Below are positions 52,352-63,944 of a stretch of 64,000 bases of DNA, in pieces. Both the position numbers and the translations under genes were made by a program. How positions within the stretch are numbered: the stretch's first letter is position 1; every line of letters begins with the position of its first letter. The notes beneath the pieces are model-generated. The model was given only the letters and a program-made list of their open reading frames with translations, had not been told where the DNA came from and did not search any database. The stretch spans positions 96,001 to 160,000 of the forward strand of contig OY970166.1 of NCBI GenBank assembly GCA_963706595.1, written 5' to 3'. Source of the stretch: an uncultured cyanobacterium (lineage in GTDB: Bacteria; Cyanobacteriota; Cyanobacteriia; Cyanobacteriales; Nostocaceae).

Positions 52352-53389
52352 ATGGCAACTGTTTTAGCAATAGAAACCAGCTGCGATGAAACTGCCGTCG
52401 CAATTGTGAATAATCGTGAAGTTTATAGCAGTATCGTAGCTTCCCAAATTGCAGTTCATAGTCAATATGGCGGAGTAGTGCCAGAGGTGGCATCCCGGCA
52501 ACATCTAGAAACGATCAATGAGGCGATCGCGCAAGCACTAGAGGAAGCAAAACTGAACTGGGAGCAAATTGATGGTATTGCCGCCACCTGCGCCCCTGGA
52601 CTTGTAGGAGCGCTGTTAGTGGGGTTAACTGCTGCTAAAACTTTAGCAATGTTACACAACAAGCCATTTTTGGGAGTGCATCATCTCGAAGGTCACATTT
52701 ACGCAACTTATTTGAGTGAACCAACTTTAAATCCCCCATTTCTTAGCTTACTCGTTTCCGGTGGACACACAAGCTTGATTTATGTAAAGGATTGTGGAGT
52801 TTACGAAACTTTGGGTGAAACTCGTGATGATGCGGCGGGTGAAGCCTTTGATAAAGTCGCGCGGTTGTTAAAACTGGGTTATCCTGGGGGACCAGTCATC
52901 GATCAACTAGCACAAAAAGGTAATCCCCGTGCTTTTAAGTTGCCAGAAGGGAAAGTTTCTTTACCAGGTGGGGGATATCATCGCTACGACAGCAGTTTTA
53001 GTGGGTTAAAGACGGCGGTACTGCGGTTAGTGCAGCAATTAGAGAAAGATGAAAAACCAGTGCCAGTCACTGATTTAGCAGCTAGTTTTCAGGAAACTGT
53101 CGCGCGATCGCTGACTAAAAGAGCGATCGCCTGCGCCCTCGATTATAATCTCAACACCATTGCCATAGGTGGAGGGGTAGCAGCTAACAGCAGCCTAAGA
53201 AAAATCTTACAGACAACCGCCGCCGAGCATAACCTGCGTGTCCTCTTCCCACCTCTAAAATACTGTACCGATAACGCCGCCATGATTGCCTGCGCCGCCT
53301 CTCATCACCTAAAACTTGGTCATACATCACCCTTAACATTAGGAGTTGAGTCTAGATTGCCACTCAGCCAAATAATGAAATTGTATTAA
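52352..53389 (+). CDS. tsaD: tRNA threonylcarbamoyltransferase TsaD
   Basis: [52 protein letters not shown]. Confidence 0.97.
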   Translation: MATVLAIETSCDETAVAIVNNREVYSSIVASQIAVHSQYGGVVPEVASRQHLETINEAIAQALEEAKLNWEQIDGIAATCAPGLVGALLVGLTAAKTLAMLHNKPFLGVHHLEGHIYATYLSEPTLNPPFLSLLVSGGHTSLIYVKDCGVYETLGETRDDAAGEAFDKVARLLKLGYPGGPVIDQLAQKGNPRAFKLPEGKVSLPGGGYHRYDSSFSGLKTAVLRLVQQLEKDEKPVPVTDLAASFQETVARSLTKRAIACALDYNLNTIAIGGGVAANSSLRKILQTTAAEHNLRVLFPPLKYCTDNAAMIACAASHHLKLGHTSPLTLGVESRLPLSQIMKLY

Positions 53390-53392
53390 TTT

Positions 53393-53603
53393 GTAATTCG
53401 TAATTCGTAATTCGTAATTACAGAAAAAAGCCTATTTTTTTGTAGGGTGTGTTGTCGCGTAGCGCAACGCACCATCCCAGATTCTCAGTGCTTTAGGACT
53501 AACGTCTATAACACAGCCTACTCCCCACTCCCCACTCCCTACTCCCCACTCCCTACTCCCCACTCCCCATTCCCCACTCCCCACTCCCCACTCCCCACTC
53601 CCC
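53393..53603. repeat. repeat cluster: (TAATTCG)n, inverted GTAG REP-like pair, (CCCCACT)n
   Basis: Tandem heptamers plus GTAGGGTGTGTT..AACGCACC and its inverted partner ending CCTAC. Confidence 0.75.
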
Positions 53604-53605
53604 GT

Positions 53606-54514
53606 TCAACAGTTGACAATTGACCTGATGTGAGTAGCAACAGCATCTGGCTGTTCTAACATTGCCAAATGACCACAATTAGGAATTTCAATCACATTGT
53701 CGCCAGTATATTGAAAAAGGCGATGAAAACTAGCTAAATGGCGAACATACTTGGGTTCCATCACCTTGTCATCAGTACCAGCCAAAAAATAAACTGGCTG
53801 CTGCAATTGAGACACTAATTGAGGTAAACGATTAATTTCTTCCTCAGTTGTGGAGTCTAGTAATGCTCCTAGTGCAGCTTCCGGGTCAGCCATGACAAAA
53901 TCAATCACTCGTTGACGCGCCCAATGGCGCTCCAAAGGACGAGCTACACTTGCTCTGGTAAATAACAAATCAATCAAAGGCAGATGAGACAGCCAGCGCG
54001 GACGGACTTGCAGAAATTTTTGACCAGCTGAACGAAACTGCTCAAAAGCTTCTTTGAGATAAATACCACCACCTGAGTTGATACATATAACTCCCTTAAC
54101 ACATTCAGGCATTTGAGCAGCTGCCCAAAGTGCGATTGTGCCTCCCAAGGAATGTCCAATCAGCCAAGCACTGGTAATATTCATCTGTTCTAGAAGAGCA
54201 GCTAAATCCTGAGCATAGACAGCTGGTGTATAAATAGAATCAAAAGGCACACTAAACTCATCAATTGAGTGAGAAGTTAAGCTGACATTGGTTGGTTCCT
54301 GACTAAAATCTGCTTCTGGCTGAGATTTCGACTCACCAAAACCGCGCAAATCATAAGACAGGCACTGTAAATCAACTGACAGGCGGGAAATTACAGGTTG
54401 CCAATACCCACGGCTATTTAGCCAACCGTGGATAAACACTAAAGCATGGGTACAGGAAGTAGGAGCCGTTAGCTCGTATGCGTGTGGAACGCCCAATATT
54501 TCAATGATTGCCAT
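53606..54514 (-). CDS. alpha/beta fold hydrolase
   Basis: VFIHGW, DLRGFGES, GHSLGG nucleophile elbow, G..D, CGHLAMLE. Confidence 0.92.
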   Translation of the reverse strand: MAIIEILGVPHAYELTAPTSCTHALVFIHGWLNSRGYWQPVISRLSVDLQCLSYDLRGFGESKSQPEADFSQEPTNVSLTSHSIDEFSVPFDSIYTPAVYAQDLAALLEQMNITSAWLIGHSLGGTIALWAAAQMPECVKGVICINSGGGIYLKEAFEQFRSAGQKFLQVRPRWLSHLPLIDLLFTRASVARPLERHWARQRVIDFVMADPEAALGALLDSTTEEEINRLPQLVSQLQQPVYFLAGTDDKVMEPKYVRHLASFHRLFQYTGDNVIEIPNCGHLAMLEQPDAVATHIRSIVNC

Positions 54515-54594
54515 AGTTCATATCGTACCCTGAAGAACGGGTGCGACTAAATACGGAATAGAGCCAGGCCATTAATTAATTTTTGATTGTATAT

Positions 54595-55314
54595 TTACTT
54601 ATCCAACAACCTCAACCTCACCCCTTCCGCAATTTTGTGTCCTAAATATTCAGGAATCAGGCTTTCATTCGGCCCCAACAAGTAGAGAATCAGCCTTGTG
54701 CGTCCCCGCCAAACCAGCAAATTGGCATTGACCACTAATAAGTCTTCCTGCCAAATAGTGTGCATGACTTTGTAAAATAATCCTGGTTGATTGTCGGCTT
54801 CAATTACCAAAGCTGGAAGATGAAATACTGGATCAACATAAAACTCTGTCTGTACTTGCTCTAGTCCAGTATCGAGATTAAATTCTACCGCCAGCATTTC
54901 TTCCACCTCAAAGCGCCCACCCAAAGCCTCACGAATGGCGCGGCAGACATTTTCTGCGGTTTTCTCAGTTAGGGCTTTACTGCCACGAGATACCAGAAGT
55001 TTGATAAAAACTAACATCGGTGGTCGGATCTGACCATATAGACTTAAGCCATGAATAGTTAGCCCATAAGCTGCTAGAACACCAAAAATATCACTGAGTA
55101 GAAAGGACTGATTGCGGTAAGCAAAATGCAGGGCGCTTTTACTACCTTCGGACTTTAACTCAATCACGGCACGCTTGGTCTTATAAAGACGGTAGGCTAG
55201 CCGCAAATTTTGCAGTTGAATCTCACTACTAACAAATTGCTCATAAAACTGGGGAAAGGCTCGGTTAAAGCGCTTTAGAAGTTCCAGTGTCGAAGATTTT
55301 AAACCAGAAGCCAT
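54595..55314 (-). CDS. conserved hypothetical protein with ACT-like segments
   Basis: NQSFLLSDIFGVLAAYGLTI and EADNQPGLFYKV resemble ACT domain starts. Confidence 0.6.
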   Translation of the reverse strand: MASGLKSSTLELLKRFNRAFPQFYEQFVSSEIQLQNLRLAYRLYKTKRAVIELKSEGSKSALHFAYRNQSFLLSDIFGVLAAYGLTIHGLSLYGQIRPPMLVFIKLLVSRGSKALTEKTAENVCRAIREALGGRFEVEEMLAVEFNLDTGLEQVQTEFYVDPVFHLPALVIEADNQPGLFYKVMHTIWQEDLLVVNANLLVWRGRTRLILYLLGPNESLIPEYLGHKIAEGVRLRLLDK

Positions 55315-55384
55315 TGTGGGGTGTAAGATTCGCTTGCTTTCATCACCAGGGAATTGGGGACTAGGAAACCCCAAACCCAAAAAA

Positions 55385-55481
55385 TATAGCAGGGGGCAGG
55401 GAGCAGGGGGCAGGCTTAAAACTCCTTAATTACAAGGGTTTTATGATCTGTTTTTGTCCTAAGCACCTTGGCGGTTGCTAT
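55385..55481 (-). mobile_element. TA-ended MITE, copy 2
   Basis: Reverse complement ATAGCAACCGCCAAGGTGCTTAGGACA aligns with 20337 onward; ends GCTATA. Confidence 0.7.
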
Positions 55482-55869
55482 CAATCAAATTCTTTGACTG
55501 AGATAATTAATTATGTCTGGTGTGGAGACGCGTAGCGTGCGGCACACAATTTTTTCTTTTCCATATCTTAAAGATAGGGGCTTGCGGCTAATTATTACCC
55601 ACACTGTCATGCCTAATTTTCAATTCCATACAATTCAACTCATCTTGTGGGTTTTTTGGGAAATTTCTACTAGGCTCCACAACAAAATGCTAAACTTGAA
55701 ACTGATTGGTGTGAAACACGCCATAAAAAGCGGTAGCCATTGAAGATCCTGAAAACATTTAAAGTAATTTAAGTGAAAGGGGTATTTCAGGTTTCAGCTT
55801 TGTATAACGTGAATCAACACTCCCAAAAAGTGGAAACCAATTTAGTTATACTACCCGAACCACGTTGGC

Positions 55870-56421
55870 ATGGGTTTTTGGAAAACTTGGTTTAATAGTC
55901 CTGAGTCTGTAGCAACAAGTAAAACAACCTCTTTTGAAGAACGTACAGGGTCTATTTCGGGCGAATCTAGCCCCAATAGCTCTAGCGAAGCTTCTCAGAA
56001 GGAGGCTCGCATCGTTTTTAGTACGGAGCGAGATATTGACCTGTATGAATTAGAGGAACTTTGTGATGCAGTTGGTTGGTCACGTCGTCCTTTAAGAAAA
56101 GTAAAAAAAGCGATTGAGCATAGTTTTCTCGTAGCCTCTATGTGGCAAGTGCGAGGAAACCAAAAACGGCTGATTGGTTTTGCTCGTGCTACCTCAGACC
56201 ATGCATTTAATGCCACTATTTGGGATGTGGTAGTTCACCCGGACTTTCAAGGGAAAGGGCTGGGTAAGGCGCTGATGAAATATGTACTCAAAAAACTCAG
56301 AAGTGAGGAAATTAGCAATGTGACTCTTTTTGCTGACCCTCATGTTTTAGATTTTTATCGGGGTATGGGTTTCATGTCAGACCCAGAAGGCATTAAAGGT
56401 ATGTTTTGGTATCCCCATTAA
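55870..56421 (+). CDS. GNAT N-acetyltransferase (Ycf52-like)
   Basis: [39 protein letters not shown]. Confidence 0.9.
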   Translation: MGFWKTWFNSPESVATSKTTSFEERTGSISGESSPNSSSEASQKEARIVFSTERDIDLYELEELCDAVGWSRRPLRKVKKAIEHSFLVASMWQVRGNQKRLIGFARATSDHAFNATIWDVVVHPDFQGKGLGKALMKYVLKKLRSEEISNVTLFADPHVLDFYRGMGFMSDPEGIKGMFWYPH

Positions 56422-56756
56422 TTTCAGTACAAATCTAGCAGCTGGCTCCAAAAAATCGGCTATAATCGCGAAAAGCCCAATATATCTGTGCTTTTGGGGC
56501 AAATTAGCTGATTATCTTGTCAAGCCGATTTAGCAGCACAGCCAAAATCTGTGTCGTCAAGCAATTTATTTTGTCTAGAAAAAAAGATCAAATTGGCTAG
56601 ACAAGATATGTTAAACCTGCTATGATGAATTTGTTGCTGTGGTAAATCATCAATTTGGACAAAGTTCCAAAAGTTTTACCTATGAGGCTATGATTTAATT
56701 TTGGTCGCTGTTCGGTAAGTTTAAAACCTCACCATCAGGACTAAGGTTAATATCTC

Positions 56757-56830
56757 CGGGATGTAGCGCAGCTTGGTAGCGCGCCTGCTTTGGGAGCAGG
56801 ATGTCGCAGGTTCAAATCCTGTCATCCCGA
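56757..56830 (+). tRNA. tRNA-Pro(TGG)
   Basis: CGGGATG/CATCCCG acceptor stem, CCTGC-TTTGGGA-GCAGG anticodon arm, GGTTCAAATCC T-arm. Confidence 0.96.
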
Positions 56831-57163
56831 TTTAAGTTAATTTATTCCAAATCTGAGCAGATGTTACAGCTTTGTCTGGAACGATTAATTGTGTCATCTC
56901 GTCATCCAGATTATAGATAGGACAATAGGATGGCATTGAGCATCTCAATTTTCCGCTAAACCAAGATTAACAAGCGATCGCCTAACCAGAGAAATTCTCC
57001 AAGGTGGGACAATAGCGCTGTTGGGGAATTCATTGTTAATATTGAAGCGCAAAAATAAATTTTTCACATTTTAAAGGTATTGCTATATAACTAAAGCTAG
57101 TTAGTATGGTGCTAATCTAACCATTTGTCTGACTTAATTTAAATATTGACGCGAGGAGCAATC

Positions 57164-57955
57164 ATGAAAGCACTAGTTCGCTGGGGAGCTACATTAAGCC
57201 TAGTGGGAAGTACTTTACTGGGATCGGTTTTTGTCGGTAATTTCCCAGTGTTGGCTTTGTCAGAACAGCAAATCAAAGAAAAGTTGGATTCTGTCCCTGT
57301 ATATCTAATTACGAATGAAAAAGGTTTACCCCTGAGTCGTCCCTTACCAAATGCTCAAAAACCCGGCGGTTCAGTCACCGGTGTTTATATGAGTCGTCAG
57401 GAAGCTCAAAGTTTTATTAAGGAATTGCAGGGTGTCCCAGGACAAGACCCAAAAATGCAACAAATGGTGAAAAGCCTACAAGTCACAGCAGTGCCTCTAG
57501 GCGTTATTTATCAGCAATTGCAACAAAGTAAAAACCAGTCAGAACGCCTTCTATTTGCCTTTAAACCTGTAGAACGGGAAATCAAGGGAGCAATGGAATT
57601 ACTGAGCAAAGCTGGTCAACAGGTAAATCAGTTTACCAGTGTACCTGTTTTTGCGGTCAGATTTTCACCAGAGCAGGGTTATGTGCCAATTCAATTGACA
57701 TCTGACAAAGAGCAATTGATTCCTTTGTTTTTAAGTAAGCAAGATGCACAAGGCTTGTTAAGTCAAGTGAAGTCTAAGTTTCCCAAAGCGGATATTCAGG
57801 TAATAGATATAGATGGGGTGATTAAAACATTACAGGATAAAAATGATACTTGGCTTAACCAAGTTGTTTTAGTCCCATCCCAAGAATCTAGAGAATATAT
57901 CAAGACTTTACCCAGAGAAAACGCACCCAACACTGCACCAGCAAGACCACGTTAA
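57164..57955 (+). CDS. tic22: Tic22 family periplasmic chaperone
   Basis: Signal peptide, ALSEQQIKEKLDSVPVY, VPLG, VPVF, IPLFLSKQD. Confidence 0.85.
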   Translation: MKALVRWGATLSLVGSTLLGSVFVGNFPVLALSEQQIKEKLDSVPVYLITNEKGLPLSRPLPNAQKPGGSVTGVYMSRQEAQSFIKELQGVPGQDPKMQQMVKSLQVTAVPLGVIYQQLQQSKNQSERLLFAFKPVEREIKGAMELLSKAGQQVNQFTSVPVFAVRFSPEQGYVPIQLTSDKEQLIPLFLSKQDAQGLLSQVKSKFPKADIQVIDIDGVIKTLQDKNDTWLNQVVLVPSQESREYIKTLPRENAPNTAPARPR

Positions 57956-57958
57956 GCA

Positions 57959-58873
57959 ATGGCAGAAAAACAGCTACAGGTAGTTTCCGGTTTACAGCTT
58001 TGGCGGTGGCGTAATAGTGCGATCGCATCGGCGATCGCCTATAACATTTCACCTGCTGAGGTAGATTGGTTACTTCTGGAAGTAGCTGGGTTAGACCGTT
58101 TGTCACTGCGTTTAGAATCTTTTAAACAAAGTCCTCAAATTCAGATGGTCTTAGCTTTAGAAGATTTAGAGCAATTGTGGCAAAGGCGATTAAACGAACG
58201 CTTACCAGTACAGTACATTACGGGACTTACGCCTTGGAGACAGTTTAAAATCGCGGTATCAAATGCGGTGTTGATTCCCAGACCAGAAACTGAGTATTTG
58301 ATTGATTTAGCTGTGGCTGCTGCTACTAATAGTGGCGCAGCCCCATTCCTCAATTCAGGAGATTGGGCTGACTTGGGTACTGGTAGCGGTGCGATCGCCT
58401 TGGGTTTAGCAGATGCTTTCCCAAAAGCGACAATTCACGCTGTTGATTACAGCCCCGAAGCTTTAAAAATTGCCCGTGAGAATGCGCGTAATTTAGGTTT
58501 TGACAACCAAATCAAATTTTACCAAGGTTCATGGTGGGAACCGCTATTAGCCCGCAAAGGTAAGTTTATTGGTATGGTGTCTAACCCACCTTATATTCCC
58601 ACCAGTACCGTGACTAGCCTGCAACCAGAAGTAGTCAACCATGAACCACATTTAGCGCTGGATGGGGGTATTGATGGCTTGGATTGTATTCGCCAGTTAA
58701 TAGAAATTTCTCCTTGCTATTTGCGCCCTGGTAGTGTGTGGCTAATTGAAATGATGGCGGGACAAGCCGATACCGTGCAAACACTCTTACAAAAACAAGG
58801 TAGCTACTGTAATATTCAAATTCATGCCGATTTAGCTGGAATTGAACGCTTTGCCTTAGCTTATATAAAATGA
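57959..58873 (+). CDS. prmC: release factor glutamine methyltransferase
   Basis: PVQYI.G, VLIPRPETE, DLGTGSGAIA, VSNPPY, EP.LALDGG.DG. Confidence 0.95.
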   Translation: MAEKQLQVVSGLQLWRWRNSAIASAIAYNISPAEVDWLLLEVAGLDRLSLRLESFKQSPQIQMVLALEDLEQLWQRRLNERLPVQYITGLTPWRQFKIAVSNAVLIPRPETEYLIDLAVAAATNSGAAPFLNSGDWADLGTGSGAIALGLADAFPKATIHAVDYSPEALKIARENARNLGFDNQIKFYQGSWWEPLLARKGKFIGMVSNPPYIPTSTVTSLQPEVVNHEPHLALDGGIDGLDCIRQLIEISPCYLRPGSVWLIEMMAGQADTVQTLLQKQGSYCNIQIHADLAGIERFALAYIK

Positions 58874-59454
58874 CTCTAGTTTCTTTAGTTGATTTGATCG
58901 CCGGCGCACGGGCTGGTTTATTAGTGAGTTTCCCTACCGATACCGTCCCCGCACTCGCAGCTTTACCAGAAAAAGCCGCATTAATTTTTGAGGCTAAACA
59001 GCGTAGTCAAGATAAACCGCTAATTTTGATGGGGGCGAGTGCAGAGGATTTATGGCCTTATGTTCAAGGTAGTGAAAATGAGTTGCAAATTTGGCAAGAA
59101 GTAGCACATAGACATTGGCCGGGAGCGTTGACATTGGTCTTACCAGCCAGCCAGAGAGTTCCAAAACAGATGAATCCCACTGATCCTAGTACAATTGGAA
59201 TTCGAGTTCCTCAGAGTGCGATCGCTCAAAATATTTTGGCACAAACCGGCCCTCTTGCCACCACTAGCGCCAATTTTTCAGGTCAAAAACCCTTACAAAA
59301 TTTAGCCGAAATTTCAAATCAGTTTCCTGGAGTTTTGACTCTGGAACCGACAGCATTTAACGGTGAAACTTCGGGAATTGGTGTACCTTCCACTGTGGTC
59401 AAATGGAACGGAAATTGGGAAATCTTACGCCAAGGTAGTTCAGCATTTTTCTGA
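58870..59454 (+). CDS. tsaC: L-threonylcarbamoyladenylate synthase (TsaC/Sua5/YrdC)
   Basis: FPTDTV, K.R..DKPL, WPGALTLVL, IGIRVP, TSAN.SG, PSTVV, LRQG. Confidence 0.9.
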   Translation: MTLVSLVDLIAGARAGLLVSFPTDTVPALAALPEKAALIFEAKQRSQDKPLILMGASAEDLWPYVQGSENELQIWQEVAHRHWPGALTLVLPASQRVPKQMNPTDPSTIGIRVPQSAIAQNILAQTGPLATTSANFSGQKPLQNLAEISNQFPGVLTLEPTAFNGETSGIGVPSTVVKWNGNWEILRQGSSAFF

Positions 59455-59567
59455 TTGTATTGTTTTCCTGTTGGAGATTTTCGTCATCAGTGAAACTAAT
59501 TATGAGGAAATCCGTAAATTTACCTTGCGCCATTGTGGTCAATTAATCAGTTAATTATTGCCAAATT

Positions 59568-60488
59568 ATGAATTGGAGCAACTTCATATATTTAGGAGTA
59601 GGACTAATACTAGGGTTGGGTGTTCGGGGAGTATTTACTCGCTCATTAAACAATTCCTCTAGCTTATCTCCAGTCAAAGCGGCAGATCAACCACAACTGT
59701 CAGAACTCCAGCAACAAATCAAGCAAACGCAGCTAGCGTACCAAATGGCGCAAGAAATGAGCCTGTTTAAGGCAGGATTTTTGGCGCGAACTACTCACGA
59801 ATTGCGATCGCCTCTGAATGGTTTAATCGGCTTACATCAGTTAATTCTGGAAGATTTGTGTGAAAATCCCGAAGAAGAGCGAGAATTTATTACTCAAGCT
59901 CACGAGAGAGCGCTGAAACTCCTACACCTCATTGATGAAATTCTCAATATCGCCAGAACAGAACACGGTACTCATAAATTAGATATTCAACCCCACTGTC
60001 TGACCACAGTTTTACAGGAAGTTAATAATTTAACTTATATGCTGGCAGCAAATCGCAATTTTCCTTTGCGTGTTGTGCTTCCCGATCCAGAAATCTATGT
60101 TTTGGCAGATTACCGATGGCTCCGCCAAATATTGGTAAATTTAGTAGACACTACCATTGCTCAAATGCAGTTCGGTAGTATCTGTCTTTCCAGTAATTTC
60201 TCACCGACAAATAATACTCTTTACATTTGGCTGGATGTGCCTACCCATGCTTTAACTGCAAGTGAGTCGATTGATCTGATCAAATCAGAATTTTCGAGTT
60301 CTCAGTTATATGAAGATCACACGGCTTTTTCGCCAGGAATGAATCTATTACTGAACCAAACTTTACTAGAAGTGATGGGAGGAAAGGTGGAAATTGTGCC
60401 ATATCCAATCACTGAGCAAACAACTGAGGAGTTGACTCGATTACAAGTTTCTATCCCCCCAGTAATTCCTGAAGTTGGACTTCAGTAA
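59568..60488 (+). CDS. hepN: membrane sensor histidine kinase with degenerate ATPase domain (HepN-like by synteny)
   Basis: TM, FLARTTHELRSPLNGLIG H-box, LRQILVNL; position after tic22-prmC-tsaC as recalled for Anabaena alr0117. Confidence 0.6.
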   Translation: MNWSNFIYLGVGLILGLGVRGVFTRSLNNSSSLSPVKAADQPQLSELQQQIKQTQLAYQMAQEMSLFKAGFLARTTHELRSPLNGLIGLHQLILEDLCENPEEEREFITQAHERALKLLHLIDEILNIARTEHGTHKLDIQPHCLTTVLQEVNNLTYMLAANRNFPLRVVLPDPEIYVLADYRWLRQILVNLVDTTIAQMQFGSICLSSNFSPTNNTLYIWLDVPTHALTASESIDLIKSEFSSSQLYEDHTAFSPGMNLLLNQTLLEVMGGKVEIVPYPITEQTTEELTRLQVSIPPVIPEVGLQ

Positions 60489-60933
60489 CAGTCAGGTTTT
60501 CTATGTGAGATTGATTATTTAGCACCATTGTCGTGCTGACATTGGACTGGAAACCAATTTTTTCATAAAACTCCTGCTGATGAGTAGTCATGAGATATAC
60601 CCGCTCAACTCCTCTGACGCGGGGATGACTTAACACGGTTTCGACTAATTTTCGCCCCAAACCTGTACCGCGATATTCTGGGTGAATCACCACATCCCAG
60701 ATTGTAGCCCGATAGATGCCATCAGAAGTTGCTCTGGCAAAACCAATTAGTTGCTCTCCATCGCAAATGCTAATCACTGGGTCGCTATTAGCGATCGCTA
60801 TGCCTAAATCATCTATGCTACGCCCTTTTGCCCAAAAAGCTGCCAGTTCAAATAGTTCTTGGAGTTTGTCAAGGTCTATTTCAGACTGGCGATGTTCGCT
60901 AAATTGAATTTGAGGATAGTTCATCTTGTACAC
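60451..60933 (-). CDS. GNAT N-acetyltransferase
   Basis: [37 protein letters not shown]. Confidence 0.9.
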   Translation of the reverse strand: MYKMNYPQIQFSEHRQSEIDLDKLQELFELAAFWAKGRSIDDLGIAIANSDPVISICDGEQLIGFARATSDGIYRATIWDVVIHPEYRGTGLGRKLVETVLSHPRVRGVERVYLMTTHQQEFYEKIGFQSNVSTTMVLNNQSHIENLTVTEVQLQELLGG

Positions 60934-61027
60934 CCCAACGTGGCAGGATCATTTTTGTCATATTGTGCTGGCAATTGTTGAATACGTCTATCTATCTGCC
61001 ACTATATTCAAGTGTAATTGTCATGTT

Positions 61028-61441
61028 TTAATGACAAATCCACTTCCACAGAGGATGAGTTTGGCCTTGCTGTCTGATTCTAAAAACTTGTTTTTCTAGA
61101 CGTTCTTGTTCCCGTTGCGGTAATCCCAGCAGAATATTTCGGCTTTGCCAAACTAATGTAGAAACAGTAGTAGCGATACAAACAGCTAAACCGAGGGTAG
61201 ACAGTGGATGATAGAACAGACCATATCTTACTGCCACCCAGGTAAAATATTGTTGTAATAGAGCAATTTCGCTCCGTAAATTCCACAAAGAGAAAGGTGC
61301 AATAGTGAGCCATAAACAGCCAACAAAAAACCACCTACCGTATACAGTTAGCTCATGTAGCTTTTGTACTTGTTGGGTAAAATTTGGATCAATGCTATTG
61401 GCTTTTTTGCCATTTACTGATGGTTCTTCTGGTTGATTCAT
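61028..61441 (-). CDS. conserved hypothetical membrane protein
   Basis: Two TM segments, GRW..LW, FTW.AVRYGL, HPLWKW; start taken at MNQPE. Confidence 0.7.
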   Translation of the reverse strand: MNQPEEPSVNGKKANSIDPNFTQQVQKLHELTVYGRWFFVGCLWLTIAPFSLWNLRSEIALLQQYFTWVAVRYGLFYHPLSTLGLAVCIATTVSTLVWQSRNILLGLPQREQERLEKQVFRIRQQGQTHPLWKWICH

Positions 61442-61551
61442 AACCAATTCCGAATCAATGAAACCCTTGGGGTATGGGCATGAAAAATTACGCACAGGTT
61501 TGGTTTATATAAACCAGATTTCCCATCGCCTAATATGTGTTTAACCTGATT

Positions 61552-62529
61552 TTAACTATCTTGAGAACTAGCCGATGTATCAACTGCCTCAGCACTGACT
61601 AACACCGGAGATTTTTCTGTGCGTTCTCGCCACCAAGCTAGGAGAGTACTAGCGATAAAAAGACTGGAATAAGCCCCCGCAGTAAAGCCAATAATTAGAG
61701 CTAAAGCAAAGTTTTTGAGAGTTTCGCCACCAAGGAAATAGATAGCAAATAATGGCAGCATCGTGGTCAAGCTGGTGTTGATCGACCTTCCTAATGTTTG
61801 GTTGACAGCATCATCCACAATCTCAGCAATCGGGCGTTCAGGATTGATTTTAATAGTTTCGCGGATGCGGTCATAAATCACCACTGTATCGTTGACCGAG
61901 AAACCGATAATTGTCAGCAGGGCGACAATGAACAGACTATCCACTTCTGTGCCTAGCACTAACCCGAAAATGGAAAAAACGCCTAAAGCTACCAAGACAT
62001 CATGCAACAGCGCCACAATGGCAAATAAGGCATAATCTAACTGGAAGCGGAAGGTCAAGTAAATAATAATCCCTGCAAAGGAAACAAGCAGGGCGATTAT
62101 ACCAGACCTAAATAATTCGGCTCCCAGGGTAGGACCAACAGTGTCAATTTGGTTTTTATCCGGGTCAAAAGTGCCGATTTCTTCGGTTAAAGCAGCTTGT
62201 AAATTGGTGCGCTGATTAACATCTAAGTCTTTGCTGCGAATTGAGATCCCATTCTCACCAACTATTTGGATGCTGCTATCCCCTAAACCCTGCGCCTGGG
62301 CTACTTCCCGAACTGCGTTGATGTTTATTGGTTGATCGCAGTTACCTGGTTGTGTACAATCACGTTCAAACTGTAAGCGCGTACCACCAATGAAATCTAA
62401 ACCGGGGCGTAGAGGTGCGCGAATTTGGGGATTTTGCCAGGAAATGACCATTGAGATCATACTAATGAGAATAATGGCACTAGAAATAGTCCACCATAGC
62501 GATCGCGATTTGTTAATACTCAGTTTCAT
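61552..62529 (-). CDS. secF: protein translocase subunit SecF
   Basis: [39 protein letters not shown]. Confidence 0.96.
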   Translation of the reverse strand: MKLSINKSRSLWWTISSAIILISMISMVISWQNPQIRAPLRPGLDFIGGTRLQFERDCTQPGNCDQPININAVREVAQAQGLGDSSIQIVGENGISIRSKDLDVNQRTNLQAALTEEIGTFDPDKNQIDTVGPTLGAELFRSGIIALLVSFAGIIIYLTFRFQLDYALFAIVALLHDVLVALGVFSIFGLVLGTEVDSLFIVALLTIIGFSVNDTVVIYDRIRETIKINPERPIAEIVDDAVNQTLGRSINTSLTTMLPLFAIYFLGGETLKNFALALIIGFTAGAYSSLFIASTLLAWWRERTEKSPVLVSAEAVDTSASSQDS

Positions 62530-63944
62530 TTGGCTACCTCTGCCTTATTTAATGCTGGCAGGTTTGGACAGAAAAGTTCTCGCTTATTTTTGAAAGCCTG
62601 ATTGGTAACTACTAAAAACATGAGTGTGCGGCTACAAGTAATTGCCGTAAACATACTGACTGCGACACCCAAAGCCAAGGTGAGCGCAAAGCCTCGGACT
62701 AATCCAGAACCAAACCAAAACAGCGCCGCACAAGCAATCCATGTAGTCACGTTGCTATCTAAAATACTGGAAAATGCCCGGTAAAAACCAGATTCTACGG
62801 CACGATACAGAGATTTACCTGCTCTTAATTCTTCCCGTGTGCGCTCAAAGATTAGCACATTGGCATCAACTGCCATACCAATACTGAGGATAAAACCAGC
62901 GATTCCGGGTAAGGTCAGTGTCACGCCTAATAGGGCAAAACTCGCCCATGTCAGGACAGAGTAAAAGACTAAGGAGAAATCCGCAATCAATCCTGGTACG
63001 CGATAGTACACCACCATAAATATTAATACTAAGATGAGACCGCCGATACCAGCATAAATGCTGCTTTGAATACTGTCTCTACCCAAGGAAGCACCTACTG
63101 TCCGTCTTTCGGCGATTTCCACTGGTAAAGGTAACGCACCGCCACGTAACTGCACACCCAAGTCGTTGGCTGCTTGCGGGGTAAAATTACCTGTAATCAC
63201 GGCAGCACCACCAGTAATACCTGTGGCGGCAAATTCTATGCCCACTACAGGGGCGCTGATCAGTTCATTGTCCAAAAACACCCCAATGCTACGTCCCGTA
63301 CCTGCGAGGTTTTTGGTGAGAGTGGCAAACAGTTCACCACCTTTTTGATCAAAGCGAATAGCAACATTCCAGTTACTACTATTTTGAGTGGGTTCACCGT
63401 AGGCATCTTGGAGGTATTTACCATCAAGTGGTGGATCTGTACTTTCAAACAATTCGGCGATCGCTTGATTATTTTGTTGTAATTCTTCTTGATTCTTAAC
63501 AATTAATGCTTCGTCGTCGGTGGTGCGTAACTCTTCTTGCTTTGCTCTGAGATCATTTCGTGACGCTTGAAAAGCAAAAAGTTGAGTTTCTGTCCCCGGC
63601 TTTTGTTGTCGAAATTCTAACTGTGCAGTGCCACCTAGCACACGTTCTGCTTGCTCTGGGTCATTCACCCCTGGCAATTGTACCAGGATTTTATCTTTAC
63701 CCACAGTTTGAATTACTGGCTCAGAAACTCCCAGACCATTAACTCGACCTTCCAAAACTTTCTGAACGCCTTCCAAATCTCGTTCAGTAATTTCTCTCAT
63801 TCCCGGTGCTGGTTTCACCTGAATAGTTAACTGTGATCCGCCCCGTAAGTCTAACCCCAAGGGGACTGGAATTGTTGCTATCACCGCAATAGCGGCGATA
63901 AGCAGCACAAAAATTAAAGCTAATAGCGATCGCTGTCTTTGCAT
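62526..63944 (-). CDS. secD: protein translocase subunit SecD
   Basis: [46 protein letters not shown]. Confidence 0.96.
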   Translation of the reverse strand: MQRQRSLLALIFVLLIAAIAVIATIPVPLGLDLRGGSQLTIQVKPAPGMREITERDLEGVQKVLEGRVNGLGVSEPVIQTVGKDKILVQLPGVNDPEQAERVLGGTAQLEFRQQKPGTETQLFAFQASRNDLRAKQEELRTTDDEALIVKNQEELQQNNQAIAELFESTDPPLDGKYLQDAYGEPTQNSSNWNVAIRFDQKGGELFATLTKNLAGTGRSIGVFLDNELISAPVVGIEFAATGITGGAAVITGNFTPQAANDLGVQLRGGALPLPVEIAERRTVGASLGRDSIQSSIYAGIGGLILVLIFMVVYYRVPGLIADFSLVFYSVLTWASFALLGVTLTLPGIAGFILSIGMAVDANVLIFERTREELRAGKSLYRAVESGFYRAFSSILDSNVTTWIACAALFWFGSGLVRGFALTLALGVAVSMFTAITCSRTLMFLVVTNQAFKNKRELFCPNLPALNKAEVAK

